A DNA stretch of 64,000 nucleotides from a virus: the IMG/VR virus record IMGVR_UViG_3300032286_001864, positions 1 through 64,000 of that record; one strand, written 5' to 3'. A program made the position numbers and the translations under genes. Below are positions 28,479-37,662 of this stretch, one piece after another. The notes under the pieces were generated by a model. That model had not been told where the DNA came from. It did not search any database and saw nothing but the letters and a program-made list of their open reading frames with translations. Position 1 is the stretch's first letter; the number at the start of each line of letters is the position of its first letter.

Positions 28479-29126
28479 ATGGCCCTTATTACGACTCGGA
28501 ACCAGAAGGGCGCTGCACTGACCTTCAGTGAGGTTGATGCCAACTTTGTTGCCCTAAACAACGATATTGCCAACCTGTCTTCGAGCGTCTATACCGCTGT
28601 GCCGGTTGGAACGGTCATTTCCTTTGCGGGGTTTTCACCTCCCTACGGCTGGCTGAAGGCAAACGGCGATACAGTTACCAACGGCTTGGGAACAGTCCAA
28701 GGCGTTACAGCGAACTTCGCCGCTTTGTATGCCGTGCTAGGCGCGCCCGGGAGGCTCCCTGATCTTCGCGGTGAGTTTGTGCGGGGCGCGGACGATGGAC
28801 GCGGCGTTGACCCCTCCAGGGCGATCGGCAGCTTGCAGGGCGGCAGCTTTCAAAGCCACGACCACGGAATCTCCGATCCGGGCCACGACCACGGCGCCGC
28901 CGACCTTGGTCACTCGCACAGTTACACCCGGAGCGGGGATAACAACCAGGTCCTAGCAGGCGGCCAAGCCGGGCGGTGTAACTCGGGCGTCTTCCCCAGC
29001 AATACCGACCCTGGCGCTGCCAACATCGTTGTCTATCCCCACGGGACCAACATCGCCGTCCAAGCTGCGGGTGGGAGCGAGACGCGCCCGCGCAACGTGG
29101 CACTGCTGTACTGCATCAAGTATTGA
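28479..29126 (+). CDS. Tail-collar-domain fibre protein
   Basis: VPVGTVISFAG...GWLKANG...LPDLRGEFVRG.DDGRGVD...ETRPRNVALLYCIKY. Confidence 0.92.
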   Translation: MALITTRNQKGAALTFSEVDANFVALNNDIANLSSSVYTAVPVGTVISFAGFSPPYGWLKANGDTVTNGLGTVQGVTANFAALYAVLGAPGRLPDLRGEFVRGADDGRGVDPSRAIGSLQGGSFQSHDHGISDPGHDHGAADLGHSHSYTRSGDNNQVLAGGQAGRCNSGVFPSNTDPGAANIVVYPHGTNIAVQAAGGSETRPRNVALLYCIKY

Positions 29127-29322
29127 GTGCTGACTGCTGGTCGCCGACTACGGGGCGCGGCACAAACGCCCGGATCAGGCTGCCAGCTTCCAGCTTCTCG
29201 AGTGTCGTCCAGCGGATCTGGCAAAGCCGGCAGCCGCGTCGTCGCCGGACAGCGCCGTCACCGCGGTGAACAGTATTGAGCACGCAGGCATGGTCAATAG
29301 AATCGCAGTTCGGGCAACGCAT
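29116..29322 (-). CDS. NrdR-like zinc-ribbon protein
   Basis: MRCPNC...VRRRRGCRLCQIRWTTLE matches the NrdR N-terminal zinc ribbon; no ATP-cone. Confidence 0.75.
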   Translation of the reverse strand: MRCPNCDSIDHACVLNTVHRGDGAVRRRRGCRLCQIRWTTLEKLEAGSLIRAFVPRPVVGDQQSALNT

Positions 29323-29405
29323 CAGCCGAGCCGGGAGCAAAGTGCTAGCCAAGGCTGGCAGAACGCCAAGGCAGGCGGTAACCTGCTGGCACCGATGCAG
29401 CCGCG

Positions 29406-29900
29406 ATGACCGCCGAGTCTTACGAACAGCAGCCTTTGCCGGGGCTTGAGCACCTGTGCCCGCCTGTCTTAGCTGATACCCAGCGGCAGCTTGCCCTGAG
29501 CAAGGCCAGAGTCGAGATGACGGAAGCCATGTACCAAGCCAGCGGGCGGAGCGATCCGACTCATCCGATGAACGGAAAGTACACCGGGCTCTGGGTCGAG
29601 CTCTGCCTGACGACCGGGCGGGCACTGCTGGAGCACGCCCTGCTTTATCCGGAGGACGTGCAGGTGACCGCACGATCGGCGCCCCAAAGCCATGACGTCG
29701 ATCTCGGTTCGGTAGGGCCGTCCCTCGAGGGGATGTTCGCTATTCGCAAGCAGGCGCTCGCCGATGGGGCCGAATCGATCCGCTTGCAACGCGAGTCCGA
29801 CCGGTTGCGCGCTGCCTACTTCCATGGCTTGGCAGCTCTGGACGACTCCCCGGGAGACAGCCCGTTTGCGGTGCTGGGGACGTCGGCGGTGCACTTGTGA
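29406..29900 (+). CDS. Hypothetical protein
   Basis: 164 aa; LY...GR.DP.HP..G.YTGLW motif recalled from cyanophage small proteins. Confidence 0.65.
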   Translation: MTAESYEQQPLPGLEHLCPPVLADTQRQLALSKARVEMTEAMYQASGRSDPTHPMNGKYTGLWVELCLTTGRALLEHALLYPEDVQVTARSAPQSHDVDLGSVGPSLEGMFAIRKQALADGAESIRLQRESDRLRAAYFHGLAALDDSPGDSPFAVLGTSAVHL

Positions 29901-30023
29901 AGGTAGACGACATTGAGCGGCTGCTCGCTGGGCGGCGGCTAGAGGACGTCCTCTTCGAGAGCAATGCCGCCGAGTACGCGGACTGCGTCAAGGCCCGTCA
30001 GGCCAGCGCCATTTACCGAGCCT

Positions 30024-30320
30024 ATGGACCCGACGCCCTACGAAACCAGCATCCAGGAAGTCGCCGCGGTCCTTCAAGCCCGGACCCTACTGCTGCGTCT
30101 CAGCGATCACCAGCTGACACCGCGGGTCCCTCGGGAGATACGAGCAGAGGCTCGTGCGCTTCTGCGCTGGTTCCCTCGGGCAGAGCGACTGAGGCCTGTC
30201 CTGGAGGGACCGGCGCATCTGCAGCGACAAGCCAGGCGCCTCCTTGAGGCCGAAACTTTTCGTAATAACCCAATTCCAAGCCCCGAAACAACCCAAGGCG
30301 GGACCCCTTCTTCTCTGTAG
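30024..30320 (+). CDS. BPSL0761-like small protein
   Basis: ARTLLLRL...TPRVPREIRAEARALLRWFP pattern. Confidence 0.55.
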   Translation: MDPTPYETSIQEVAAVLQARTLLLRLSDHQLTPRVPREIRAEARALLRWFPRAERLRPVLEGPAHLQRQARRLLEAETFRNNPIPSPETTQGGTPSSL

Positions 30321-30345
30321 CACCATGGACGCCAGGACTGCTTTG

Positions 30346-31614
30346 TTACGAATTGCTGCTCGGGCGGTCTCGCAGCCGAATTTCGACCCGGTTGGGATCC
30401 CCGACGTAGAGAACCTCGTCAACAAGCTCCAGCAGCACTGCCCGGAGTTCTTCCGTGGTAGCGGCTTCAAGCACGCCGGGTCGCAACAGGAGCTCCTGCA
30501 GGCCGGTCCAGTTCGCTGAATTGATCGGCGGCGGCGCCAGCAACTCCAGTCGCAGTGTTTCGATGGCCTGAGCCAGGCCGGGTACCCCCTGGGCGGCTAA
30601 GGCTTCCAGCTGCTCGAGATGTGCTCGCTTGATGCGTTCCTCTGGGCTGGGCTCAACTTCCCCCGAGGACGCGGCATTGAGGGGACCCAACAGGGCGGCA
30701 CCTCGCAGGGCTTCGAGCGCCTGGTTGATGACCTTCCATTCCGCAAGGCCGCGACCCCAGCGCGGGCAGTGCAGATGCGTGCACTTCAGCCGGGGGAGGC
30801 CATGAGCAATGGTGTAGTGCATGGCCTTGCCGCACTCCGAGCAGCGGACCAGGCCGGAGAGAGCGCGAATCACCCGAGGGGCTCTGGTGCCTCCCCTCTG
30901 GCGGGAGTCGATCAGCCGCCGCGCCTGTTGCCATTCCTGCCAGGAGATCAGAGCGGCGACTCGGTCTGGCTCGTTGCTGACGATGCCCCGCAGGATGGGA
31001 TTGTCGATCCAGCGGGCCAGGCCGCGAGGGCTCCAGTCCAGGCCGTGCAAGCGGATCGTGCCCGGCAGGTTGAACTCTTGCGCGGCTAGCTGCTCCCAGA
31101 GATTACGGGCCTCTGGAAATCGCTCTGGATGGGGTACCACCTGGGAGCCGTCGTACAGGTAGCCGAAGGGGACCCGGCCGCAGGCATAGTGACCGGCGGC
31201 CTTCCTGCGCGATAGGCCGTTTTTGATGTTGATGCTCTTGATCATGGAGTCGACCTCGTTGACTACGCTCATCACCCCGGTGATCATCCGATCGGCCGGT
31301 TTGTCGACCTGAGACGGCGTACCGTCCAGAAGCCGTACCTCGATTCCCAGTCGAGCGCAGATCCGGAACAGTTGCACGTCTTCCCCCCGGCGGCTCATCC
31401 GTTGCTGGGACCCAAAGACGACCCGACGAACGCGCCCTGATGCGACGAGTCCGAGTAGCTCCTCCCAGCCCGGGCGCGTGCCGTCCTTGAATGCTGACTT
31501 CCGTTCAGAGATCACGCGATCGCAGCCGGCTCCGTACAGCTGCTGGATTTGTCCCTCGATACTGGTGTCCTGCTCGACTTTGTCGGTCGAGACGCGGGCG
31601 TAGCCGATGATCAC
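30346..31614 (-). CDS. Large serine recombinase (integrase)
   Basis: GYARVST catalytic Ser, RPG, RMSR, PFGY recombinase domain, LSGLVRCSECG zinc ribbon, coiled coil. Confidence 0.93.
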   Translation of the reverse strand: MIIGYARVSTDKVEQDTSIEGQIQQLYGAGCDRVISERKSAFKDGTRPGWEELLGLVASGRVRRVVFGSQQRMSRRGEDVQLFRICARLGIEVRLLDGTPSQVDKPADRMITGVMSVVNEVDSMIKSINIKNGLSRRKAAGHYACGRVPFGYLYDGSQVVPHPERFPEARNLWEQLAAQEFNLPGTIRLHGLDWSPRGLARWIDNPILRGIVSNEPDRVAALISWQEWQQARRLIDSRQRGGTRAPRVIRALSGLVRCSECGKAMHYTIAHGLPRLKCTHLHCPRWGRGLAEWKVINQALEALRGAALLGPLNAASSGEVEPSPEERIKRAHLEQLEALAAQGVPGLAQAIETLRLELLAPPPINSANWTGLQELLLRPGVLEAATTEELRAVLLELVDEVLYVGDPNRVEIRLRDRPSSNS

Positions 31615-31639
31615 GGGCCAGGAGCAGCTAAGAGGAGCG

Positions 31640-31685
31640 TAGTGCTTAGCGGCCCTTTTCCTTGGAGAAGGCCTCTTAAGTACTA
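31640..31685. other. Candidate attP site
   Basis: 22 bp arms around a central TT (31662-31663), 16/22 positions symmetric without gaps, 25 bp upstream of the integrase start. Confidence 0.7.
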
Positions 31686-31815
31686 GGCGGCTTAACTCGG
31701 AGCCCCAGTGCCCTGGTGCACGGAATCGACGAACACCGCGGAGCGTGAACCAAGGCCGCGGATGAGGCGATGCTTGCCCTGGCTAGCATGGCGTTAGCTA
31801 GGAGCAGAATCCAAG

Positions 31816-32955
31816 ATGGCGACCAGGAGGTTATTCGGGCAGACCTACGACGAGATCGCCATCGTTGCCGCTGCGCCGATTCCGGTGGACGTTGGCTCAG
31901 CCGTGGTCAACATTGGGACGGCTGTTGAAATATCGAACGACGCCGGGAACCCGCTGCCGGTTTCGGGAAGCGTCAGCATCACCGGAAGCGCAGCGGTCAC
32001 CGGCCCGCTCACGGACACGCAGCTCAGGGCTACTGCGGTGCCTGTCTCCGGCACGTTCTGGCAGGCCACTCAGCCAATTTCGGGAAGCGTTTCGATCACG
32101 GGGACCCCAACCGTTACCGGGCCACTGACTGACACACAGCTGCGAGCGACCGCTGTTCCCGTCTCTGGCACGTTCTGGCAGGCCACTCAGCCAGTAAGCG
32201 GCAGCGTTTCGATCACGGGCACCGCAGCAGTTTCAGGACCGCTCACGGACACCCAGCTCCGCGCTACTGCGGTGCCTGTCTCCGGCACGTTCTGGCAGGC
32301 CACGCAGCCTGTCTCCGCCGCTTCCCTGCCGCTCCCCAGTGGCGCTGCGACAAGCGCCAACCAGACCACCACCAACACCAGCCTGAGCAGCATCGACGGC
32401 AAGTTGGCTGCCTTGCAATCTGGAGCCGTCCCGATCGGCGACAACAGCGCCAGCCTCACCGTTGACGGCACCGCCTACGCCGCCACGGTGTCGTTCACCA
32501 GGCCTGCCAATACGACGGCCTACACCGCTGGCGATGTGATTGGAACCGGCGCCAGCAACGACGCCATTCACACCCTGAGCAGCATTGGCAGCAGCGGCGG
32601 CTATGTGGTGGTGCAGAGCATCGAGCTGGTCTTGGGGATCAGCGCGGTGCCGTCTGGCATGACGTCATTCCGAGTTCACTTTTACGACAGCTCGCCCACC
32701 GCAGCGGCCGACAACTCCGTGTTCGATGTTGCCAGCGGCGACCGCGCCAAGTATTTGGGCTACATCGACATGCCTGCCCCGGTTGACCTGGGCTCCACGT
32801 GCTTCACGCAGATCGACTACCCCGGCAAGCTGTTCAAATTGGCCAGTGCCAGCACTTCCCTGTTCTGCGAGTTGCAGACCATCGGGGGCTTCACCCCTGC
32901 GGCTAACTCCGAGGCCTACATCCTGCGGGTCAAGACCCTGGAAGCTGGTAAGTAA
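31816..32955 (+). CDS. Thr/Ser-rich fibre-like structural protein with 39-aa repeats
   Basis: Three copies of SGSVSITG...GPLTDTQLRATAVPVSGTFWQATQP; FTRPANTTAYTAGDV domain. Confidence 0.8.
   Translation: MATRRLFGQTYDEIAIVAAAPIPVDVGSAVVNIGTAVEISNDAGNPLPVSGSVSITGSAAVTGPLTDTQLRATAVPVSGTFWQATQPISGSVSITGTPTVTGPLTDTQLRATAVPVSGTFWQATQPVSGSVSITGTAAVSGPLTDTQLRATAVPVSGTFWQATQPVSAASLPLPSGAATSANQTTTNTSLSSIDGKLAALQSGAVPIGDNSASLTVDGTAYAATVSFTRPANTTAYTAGDVIGTGASNDAIHTLSSIGSSGGYVVVQSIELVLGISAVPSGMTSFRVHFYDSSPTAAADNSVFDVASGDRAKYLGYIDMPAPVDLGSTCFTQIDYPGKLFKLASASTSLFCELQTIGGFTPAANSEAYILRVKTLEAGK
31960..32316 (+). repeat. Three tandem 117 bp intragenic repeats
   Basis: GGCACGTTCTGGCAGGCCAC recurs at 32050, 32167 and 32284. 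Confidence 0.88.
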
Positions 32956-34232
32956 TGGGCCATCCAATCCGCAGAACGCAAGCTGCACCCTGGCTGAAGG
33001 ATTCGTTATGGCGCGGGGCGCTGGCGGTGCCGTCGCTCGATCTGCGCTTTGCTGATAACAAGTCTTTGATGGATTCGGTTTCGGGTCAGAACCTGATCAC
33101 GTTCTCCCGTGCCAGTTCGGCAACGTACATCGACTCCACGGGGACACTGCAAACGGCCTCAACGGATGTGCCGAGGTTTGATCACAACCCAACCACCGGG
33201 GAGAGCTTGGGGCTGCTGGTGGAGGAGCAGAGGACAAATTTGTTGTTACAGTCGGAGAATCTTGGGACAACTTGGACGCTTTCTGAAGCGACTGTCTCAT
33301 TAAATACAGCCATTGCTCCAGACGGTCAAACCACGGCAGATACTGTAATACCTAGCAATGGTGCTCTTGGAGTTCCTCGCCAAGATGTTCTACTCTCAGA
33401 CTCAACTATTTATACTTTTTCAGTATTTTTTAAAACGGCTGGCCTCAACAGTGTTAATCTTCAATTTTTCAACAAAACAAATACTTTTCATGGAAGTAAA
33501 AATTTAGATTTATCCACTGGTGCTCTTTCTGGTAGCGAATATATAGGCGCTACATCAGTTGTTGCCTATGGTAATGGCTGGTATAGATTGATACTGGCCA
33601 ACCTTGGCAGTGGCACAGGAGCAACCAGTCCAAACGTTCGCATTGTTCCTAGTACAACAGGCAACGGTACTTCAGGGTTTTATATCTGGGGCGCACAACT
33701 AGAAGCCGGATCTTTCCCCACCAGCTACATCCCCACCACCACCGCAGCCGCCACCAGGGCCGCCGATGTTGCAACGATTACGGGCACGGCGTTCAGTTCG
33801 TGGTATCGGCAGGATGAGGGGACGGTGTTTGCAGCAGTTTACTTGCCTCAATTAGGAAAGGCGGCACGGATTATAGCGGTTGATGATGGAAACTTCGTCA
33901 ACATGTTAGATATAACAACAACCGGCTTAGATACTATGGGGATTGAAGCAGTAGCTAGCGGTAGCTATGGAGGAGGCATTATATCGTCAAATTCTTTTGC
34001 AAATGCCAATCCAAAGATTGCTGCAACGTACAGCTCTGGTGCAAATGAATCGGCGTGCCTTAATGGGGGCACAGTTGCAAGTGGAAATATCACGCTGCCA
34101 TCAACATCATTGACAACAATGCGGTTGGGGTGGCAATCAAATTTTGCGAATTTCTTAAACGGCACCATCCGCCGCCTCACCTACTTCCCCGCCCGCCTCC
34201 CCGACACCACGTTGCAGAGGCTCACGCAGTGA
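32955..34232 (+). CDS. Fibre/spike protein with carbohydrate-binding/LamG-like domains
   Basis: PSLDLRFA...FSRASSATY...PRFDHNP...GLLVEEQRTNL...WGAQLEAG.FPTSYIPT...TRAAD framework with AT-rich inserts. Confidence 0.85.
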   Translation: MGHPIRRTQAAPWLKDSLWRGALAVPSLDLRFADNKSLMDSVSGQNLITFSRASSATYIDSTGTLQTASTDVPRFDHNPTTGESLGLLVEEQRTNLLLQSENLGTTWTLSEATVSLNTAIAPDGQTTADTVIPSNGALGVPRQDVLLSDSTIYTFSVFFKTAGLNSVNLQFFNKTNTFHGSKNLDLSTGALSGSEYIGATSVVAYGNGWYRLILANLGSGTGATSPNVRIVPSTTGNGTSGFYIWGAQLEAGSFPTSYIPTTTAAATRAADVATITGTAFSSWYRQDEGTVFAAVYLPQLGKAARIIAVDDGNFVNMLDITTTGLDTMGIEAVASGSYGGGIISSNSFANANPKIAATYSSGANESACLNGGTVASGNITLPSTSLTTMRLGWQSNFANFLNGTIRRLTYFPARLPDTTLQRLTQ

Positions 34233-34576
34233 TCTGCTATCAATTCCCCAGCCGCGCAATCTGGAGAACCCTGGCCCTACAGACCGGCCTGGCTGCCTTG
34301 GTAGGCGGAGAGTTCCAACTACTCGGCGGCCACAATATTGCCATCGACGAAGTTGGAACGGTGGTAGATGTTGAGGCAATGCTTGATGCCAATGGGACTG
34401 TGATCACCCCTGCCGTCCTGGCGCCTGGGTTTCATGTCAACCTGATCCACCCCGACCCGCCGCAGCAGCTTGACTCATATTTGATCGTGGTCAACTCTCC
34501 CAGCCGAATCTTCCTGGGTCAGGACGGGTCGGTCCCCGATGACGAACTCCTGGCCACCATTGAAACCCTGTTGTAG
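34229..34576 (+). CDS. Putative fibre-associated protein
   Basis: GTGA overlap with fibre gene; AIDEVG...GFHVNL...PSRIF. Confidence 0.65.
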   Translation: MICYQFPSRAIWRTLALQTGLAALVGGEFQLLGGHNIAIDEVGTVVDVEAMLDANGTVITPAVLAPGFHVNLIHPDPPQQLDSYLIVVNSPSRIFLGQDGSVPDDELLATIETLL

Positions 34577-34777
34577 CCATGCCTGAAAATCCCTACCTCC
34601 GCGCTGCTCGCACCCCTGCCGGGAAGCTGCGGCTCAGGCCCATGGTTGTCAGGATCCGGTTAAAGCGTCCCAGGCCGCCGAAGCCGCCGGGGAAAGCGGG
34701 GAAGGGTGCAGCCTGAGCCAGGCGCCATGACCGCCCCGTTTGCTCGCTCCTAGGCTGATCCCAACCGGGGTACACGC

Positions 34778-35125
34778 GTGGAGGAAGAAGTCCTACCGCT
34801 TGAGCAGCTGTTCCAGCTGCGTCGCCTGCGGGACCAGTTGCAGGGCCATGACCGCGAAGAGCTGATGGAGATCATCCTGCAGGGGCACGAGAGGCTGCTG
34901 ATCGAGCGTCGCTGGTTTCGAATGGTCATGGAAGCTACGGGGATCGAGACCAGCGAAAGCAGCGGCGAGTTTCAGCTCATGCCCGAAACAGAGGAGGAAT
35001 TGATCGCGGTCTTCGGGAGGGTGCCGAGCGAAGAGGAGCTGACCGCCTACGTGAATGAACGCCTTGAGGCCGCCAGAATAGACGACGTGGACATCGAGGC
35101 GATCGCCCTCGGCTTGGAGGATTGA
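34778..35125 (+). CDS. NblA-like protein with acidic C-terminal extension
   Basis: LPLEQLFQLRRLRDQL...DREELMEII resembles the NblA LSLEQxF helix-loop-helix. Confidence 0.5.
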   Translation: MEEEVLPLEQLFQLRRLRDQLQGHDREELMEIILQGHERLLIERRWFRMVMEATGIETSESSGEFQLMPETEEELIAVFGRVPSEEELTAYVNERLEAARIDDVDIEAIALGLED

Positions 35126-35128
35126 GCC

Positions 35129-36349
35129 TTGGACCGGAACACAGTCATACAGGCGGCCAGGGAGGCGGCAAGAAGCCAGGGGATCCGAGAAGGGCTCTAC
35201 CTCGGGCTGGTTGATACGGAGTCCGGGTTCAGGGTCGACGACAGGAGCCCGGTAGGTGCGGAAGGGCCTGCGCAACTGATGCCTGCGACGGCGGCGGAGC
35301 TGGGTGTCAATCCGGCTGATCCAATCCAGAACCTCAGGGGAGGAGCCAAGTACCTCAGGCAGCAGCTTGATCGCTTTGGCGGCGACGAGCAGAGAGCATT
35401 GGCGGCCTACAACGCTGGCCCCGGAGCCGTCCAGAAATACGGCGGCATCCCCCCTTACGCGGAGACCCAGAACTACGTCAAAAAGGTCCTTGGGAAGGCC
35501 GCTGCTTACTCGGGCGCGCCTGCCGCCACTGCCGGGGCGACGCCTGGTCTCCAGCCCGCTCTCCTTCAAGGATCGCCTGCGCGCCTGACCGGAGGGAATC
35601 CACTGGAAGGGCTGATAAAGGGACTGGTGAGTGACGCTCTAAGCCCTGGCGGCTTTGGTACGCCGAGCGCTGCCCGGGCGGGAGGCACACAAAGCCAACC
35701 AAGTAGCACACCGCCGGCCAACAACATCAGGGGACTGAGCCGAGACGAGATCAAGCAAACGATCATCGGGGGCCTTCTTGGCCATTCCCCTGGTAGCCCT
35801 GGGGCGACTTCCCTCGGGGGGTCGGGTAATCGCATGGCGGCCAGTGATCCGTTTGCGAGTGCCCTTGCCCTTGCCCAAGGCAGAAAACAGACCGCTTCAT
35901 CCGCCGGTGGTGCGGGTGAGGATTCATTCGACACCGCGGTGGACGGACTGATTACTGGCATCTTCGCCCCTAGGGGCGCAGCAGCCCAGAAGCCGGCCAC
36001 TGGCGACGGCGGCGTGGCTGCTCAGGGCGGAACGGGGGGACCCCGGATTGTCGAGTACCTGACTGGCGACAAGTCGCATCCCGGCTACGATGCCAGCCAC
36101 GGAGGATCCAACTATCACGAGCACCTGGCATTTGGAAGTACGACTGAACGCGACGCGGCCATGAAGTTACTCAAGGGCCAGGGCATCCAGATCGGGTCCG
36201 TCAACGACGGCAGGCACGCTTCAAAGAGTTATCACTACTCCGACCAAGCGTTTGACGTGCCCGCCTCACAAGTCCCCGTGGGACAGGAGCAAGTGCTTTC
36301 GCGCCGGGTGCGGGAGATTCTCAGGGGCGGCGGCTTCCAAGGGCTTTGA
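35129..36349 (+). CDS. SLT lytic transglycosylase fused to a C-terminal M15-like peptidase domain
   Basis: TESG, GPAQLMP, ALAAYNAGPG, ETQNYV; C-terminal GRHASKSYHYSDQAFDV. Confidence 0.88.
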   Translation: MDRNTVIQAAREAARSQGIREGLYLGLVDTESGFRVDDRSPVGAEGPAQLMPATAAELGVNPADPIQNLRGGAKYLRQQLDRFGGDEQRALAAYNAGPGAVQKYGGIPPYAETQNYVKKVLGKAAAYSGAPAATAGATPGLQPALLQGSPARLTGGNPLEGLIKGLVSDALSPGGFGTPSAARAGGTQSQPSSTPPANNIRGLSRDEIKQTIIGGLLGHSPGSPGATSLGGSGNRMAASDPFASALALAQGRKQTASSAGGAGEDSFDTAVDGLITGIFAPRGAAAQKPATGDGGVAAQGGTGGPRIVEYLTGDKSHPGYDASHGGSNYHEHLAFGSTTERDAAMKLLKGQGIQIGSVNDGRHASKSYHYSDQAFDVPASQVPVGQEQVLSRRVREILRGGGFQGL

Positions 36350-36429
36350 GGAAGGCTCCGAAGCAAGCTAGCCTGGGCTGACAGCGAGCGCGCTAGGGCA
36401 ATCGCTGGGCGGTATCACTGGACACGAGC

Positions 36430-36615
36430 ATGAATTACCTCGCTGAATACGCGTCCCTGATCGTGGCCCTCCACACGGCGGCTCTGATCATCGTCAATCT
36501 GACACCTACTCCCAAGGACGACGAGGCCCTGGGGGCAGCCGGTAGCCTCATCGTCAAGCTCTACCGTGCGCTGGAGATTATCGCGGGTCTTGTGACGCCC
36601 TTGGCCAAGCGCTGA
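36430..36615 (+). CDS. Putative holin
   Basis: 61 aa, two hydrophobic segments around LTPTPKDD, follows lytic enzyme. Confidence 0.65.
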   Translation: MNYLAEYASLIVALHTAALIIVNLTPTPKDDEALGAAGSLIVKLYRALEIIAGLVTPLAKR

Positions 36616-36685
36616 TATTGATGAAGCCGCATGCCCTGGCAGGCATGATGCTTGATACATTCATGGGGTCGCTTCCATCGGCCCC

Positions 36686-37309
36686 ATGTTCACGACTGCA
36701 TTCGCCATCATCCTGGGCTCCATCGGGGCCGGCACCGGCTTCGCGTCCCTGTTGGCCTGCCTGCTGACCTTCCGCAAGCAGCGTCTTTTCGAAGAAAGGA
36801 TGTTCCACGAGAGCCTCTCGGTTGCGGAGTTCTTGCAGCGGAAGATCGAGACCAATTCAGCTCAGGTGTTCAGGGCTGCCGAATCGCAGTCCGCCCAGAT
36901 GGTTGCAGAAGGCGTCAACGAAGTGAACGGAACGGTCGCAGTCCTGATCAATCGCCTGGATGGCTTGGAGTTCGCAACCGCGGAAGAGTTGATCACCAGG
37001 GCTGAGGTCAGCGCTGCCTTCGCTGAGCTTGCGGCCATCGAGGAGCAGCGTCAGCGGCAGTCGATGCGGGATCCCGGGACGGTCAATGCCATGCCAGTCA
37101 ATCGATTCGGGCCGTTTTTAACTGGCGCTCAGGTGGAAATCGCCCCTTCTGCATTTTCCACGGAGGCAGTGCCCGGGCAGGCCGACCCTTGGAAGACATC
37201 GGATCAGGTCAACGCGGCGCCGGCTGATCCTGCGGCCCTACTGAAGGAGATCGCAGCGATGAATCAGCGGCTCCAGGGACGCCTCAGCGCCATGGGGGGA
37301 GCCTCTTGA
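36686..37309 (+). CDS. N-terminally membrane-anchored coiled-coil protein
   Basis: Hydrophobic N-terminus followed by helical region; in lysis neighbourhood. Confidence 0.68.
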   Translation: MFTTAFAIILGSIGAGTGFASLLACLLTFRKQRLFEERMFHESLSVAEFLQRKIETNSAQVFRAAESQSAQMVAEGVNEVNGTVAVLINRLDGLEFATAEELITRAEVSAAFAELAAIEEQRQRQSMRDPGTVNAMPVNRFGPFLTGAQVEIAPSAFSTEAVPGQADPWKTSDQVNAAPADPAALLKEIAAMNQRLQGRLSAMGGAS

Positions 37310-37344
37310 CCCTTGGCTAGGGTTGCCCCGCTGCAGCCACGGAA

Positions 37345-37662
37345 TTGGATCGCCGCTACAAGGAGAACAAAGGAGCTTCTGGCAGCACCGGCAGGCGCAG
37401 TGAAGCTCTCTCTCGAGCGCGCCTACGTAGGGCGCGAGTCAGCGCTCGCTCAATCACGGCTGACGACTCGAAGAGCCCCGATGGCGGACGCGACGCGAGC
37501 AACAGGGCCCTGGCGACTCGCAACCAGGCTCGAGGCCAAGAGCGTCAAGGGAACCAAGAGATCTTTAACGAGGAGGGGTCCGGGACGTACGGAGCCGGGA
37601 TTTCTTTTGAGGACGCACGGCGGGGGGCAAAGATGGGAGAAGGTCTGATTGGCCTGAGATGA
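37345..37662 (+). CDS. Basic hypothetical protein
   Basis: 105 aa, TTG start; last gene before strand switch. Confidence 0.5.
   Translation: MDRRYKENKGASGSTGRRSEALSRARLRRARVSARSITADDSKSPDGGRDASNRALATRNQARGQERQGNQEIFNEEGSGTYGAGISFEDARRGAKMGEGLIGLR

Noticed and set aside
30244-30519. Plus-strand ORF overlapping the integrase 3' end
   Set aside because: The antisense integrase C-terminus (LRAVLLELVDEV..VEIRL) is typical for the family, so this is probably a shadow ORF.
30346-31614. Tail-fibre DNA invertase (Gin/Cin-like shufflon)
   Set aside because: The enzyme has recombinase and zinc-ribbon domains of integrases, only one att-like site was found, and flanking fibre genes are all on one strand.
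31960-32316. CRISPR-like array
   Set aside because: The 117 bp units are in-frame coding repeats without unique spacers; no cas genes.
34579-34716. 45-aa basic ORF MPENPYLRAAR...
   Set aside because: Plausibly positioned but no RBS or motif support; left unannotated.
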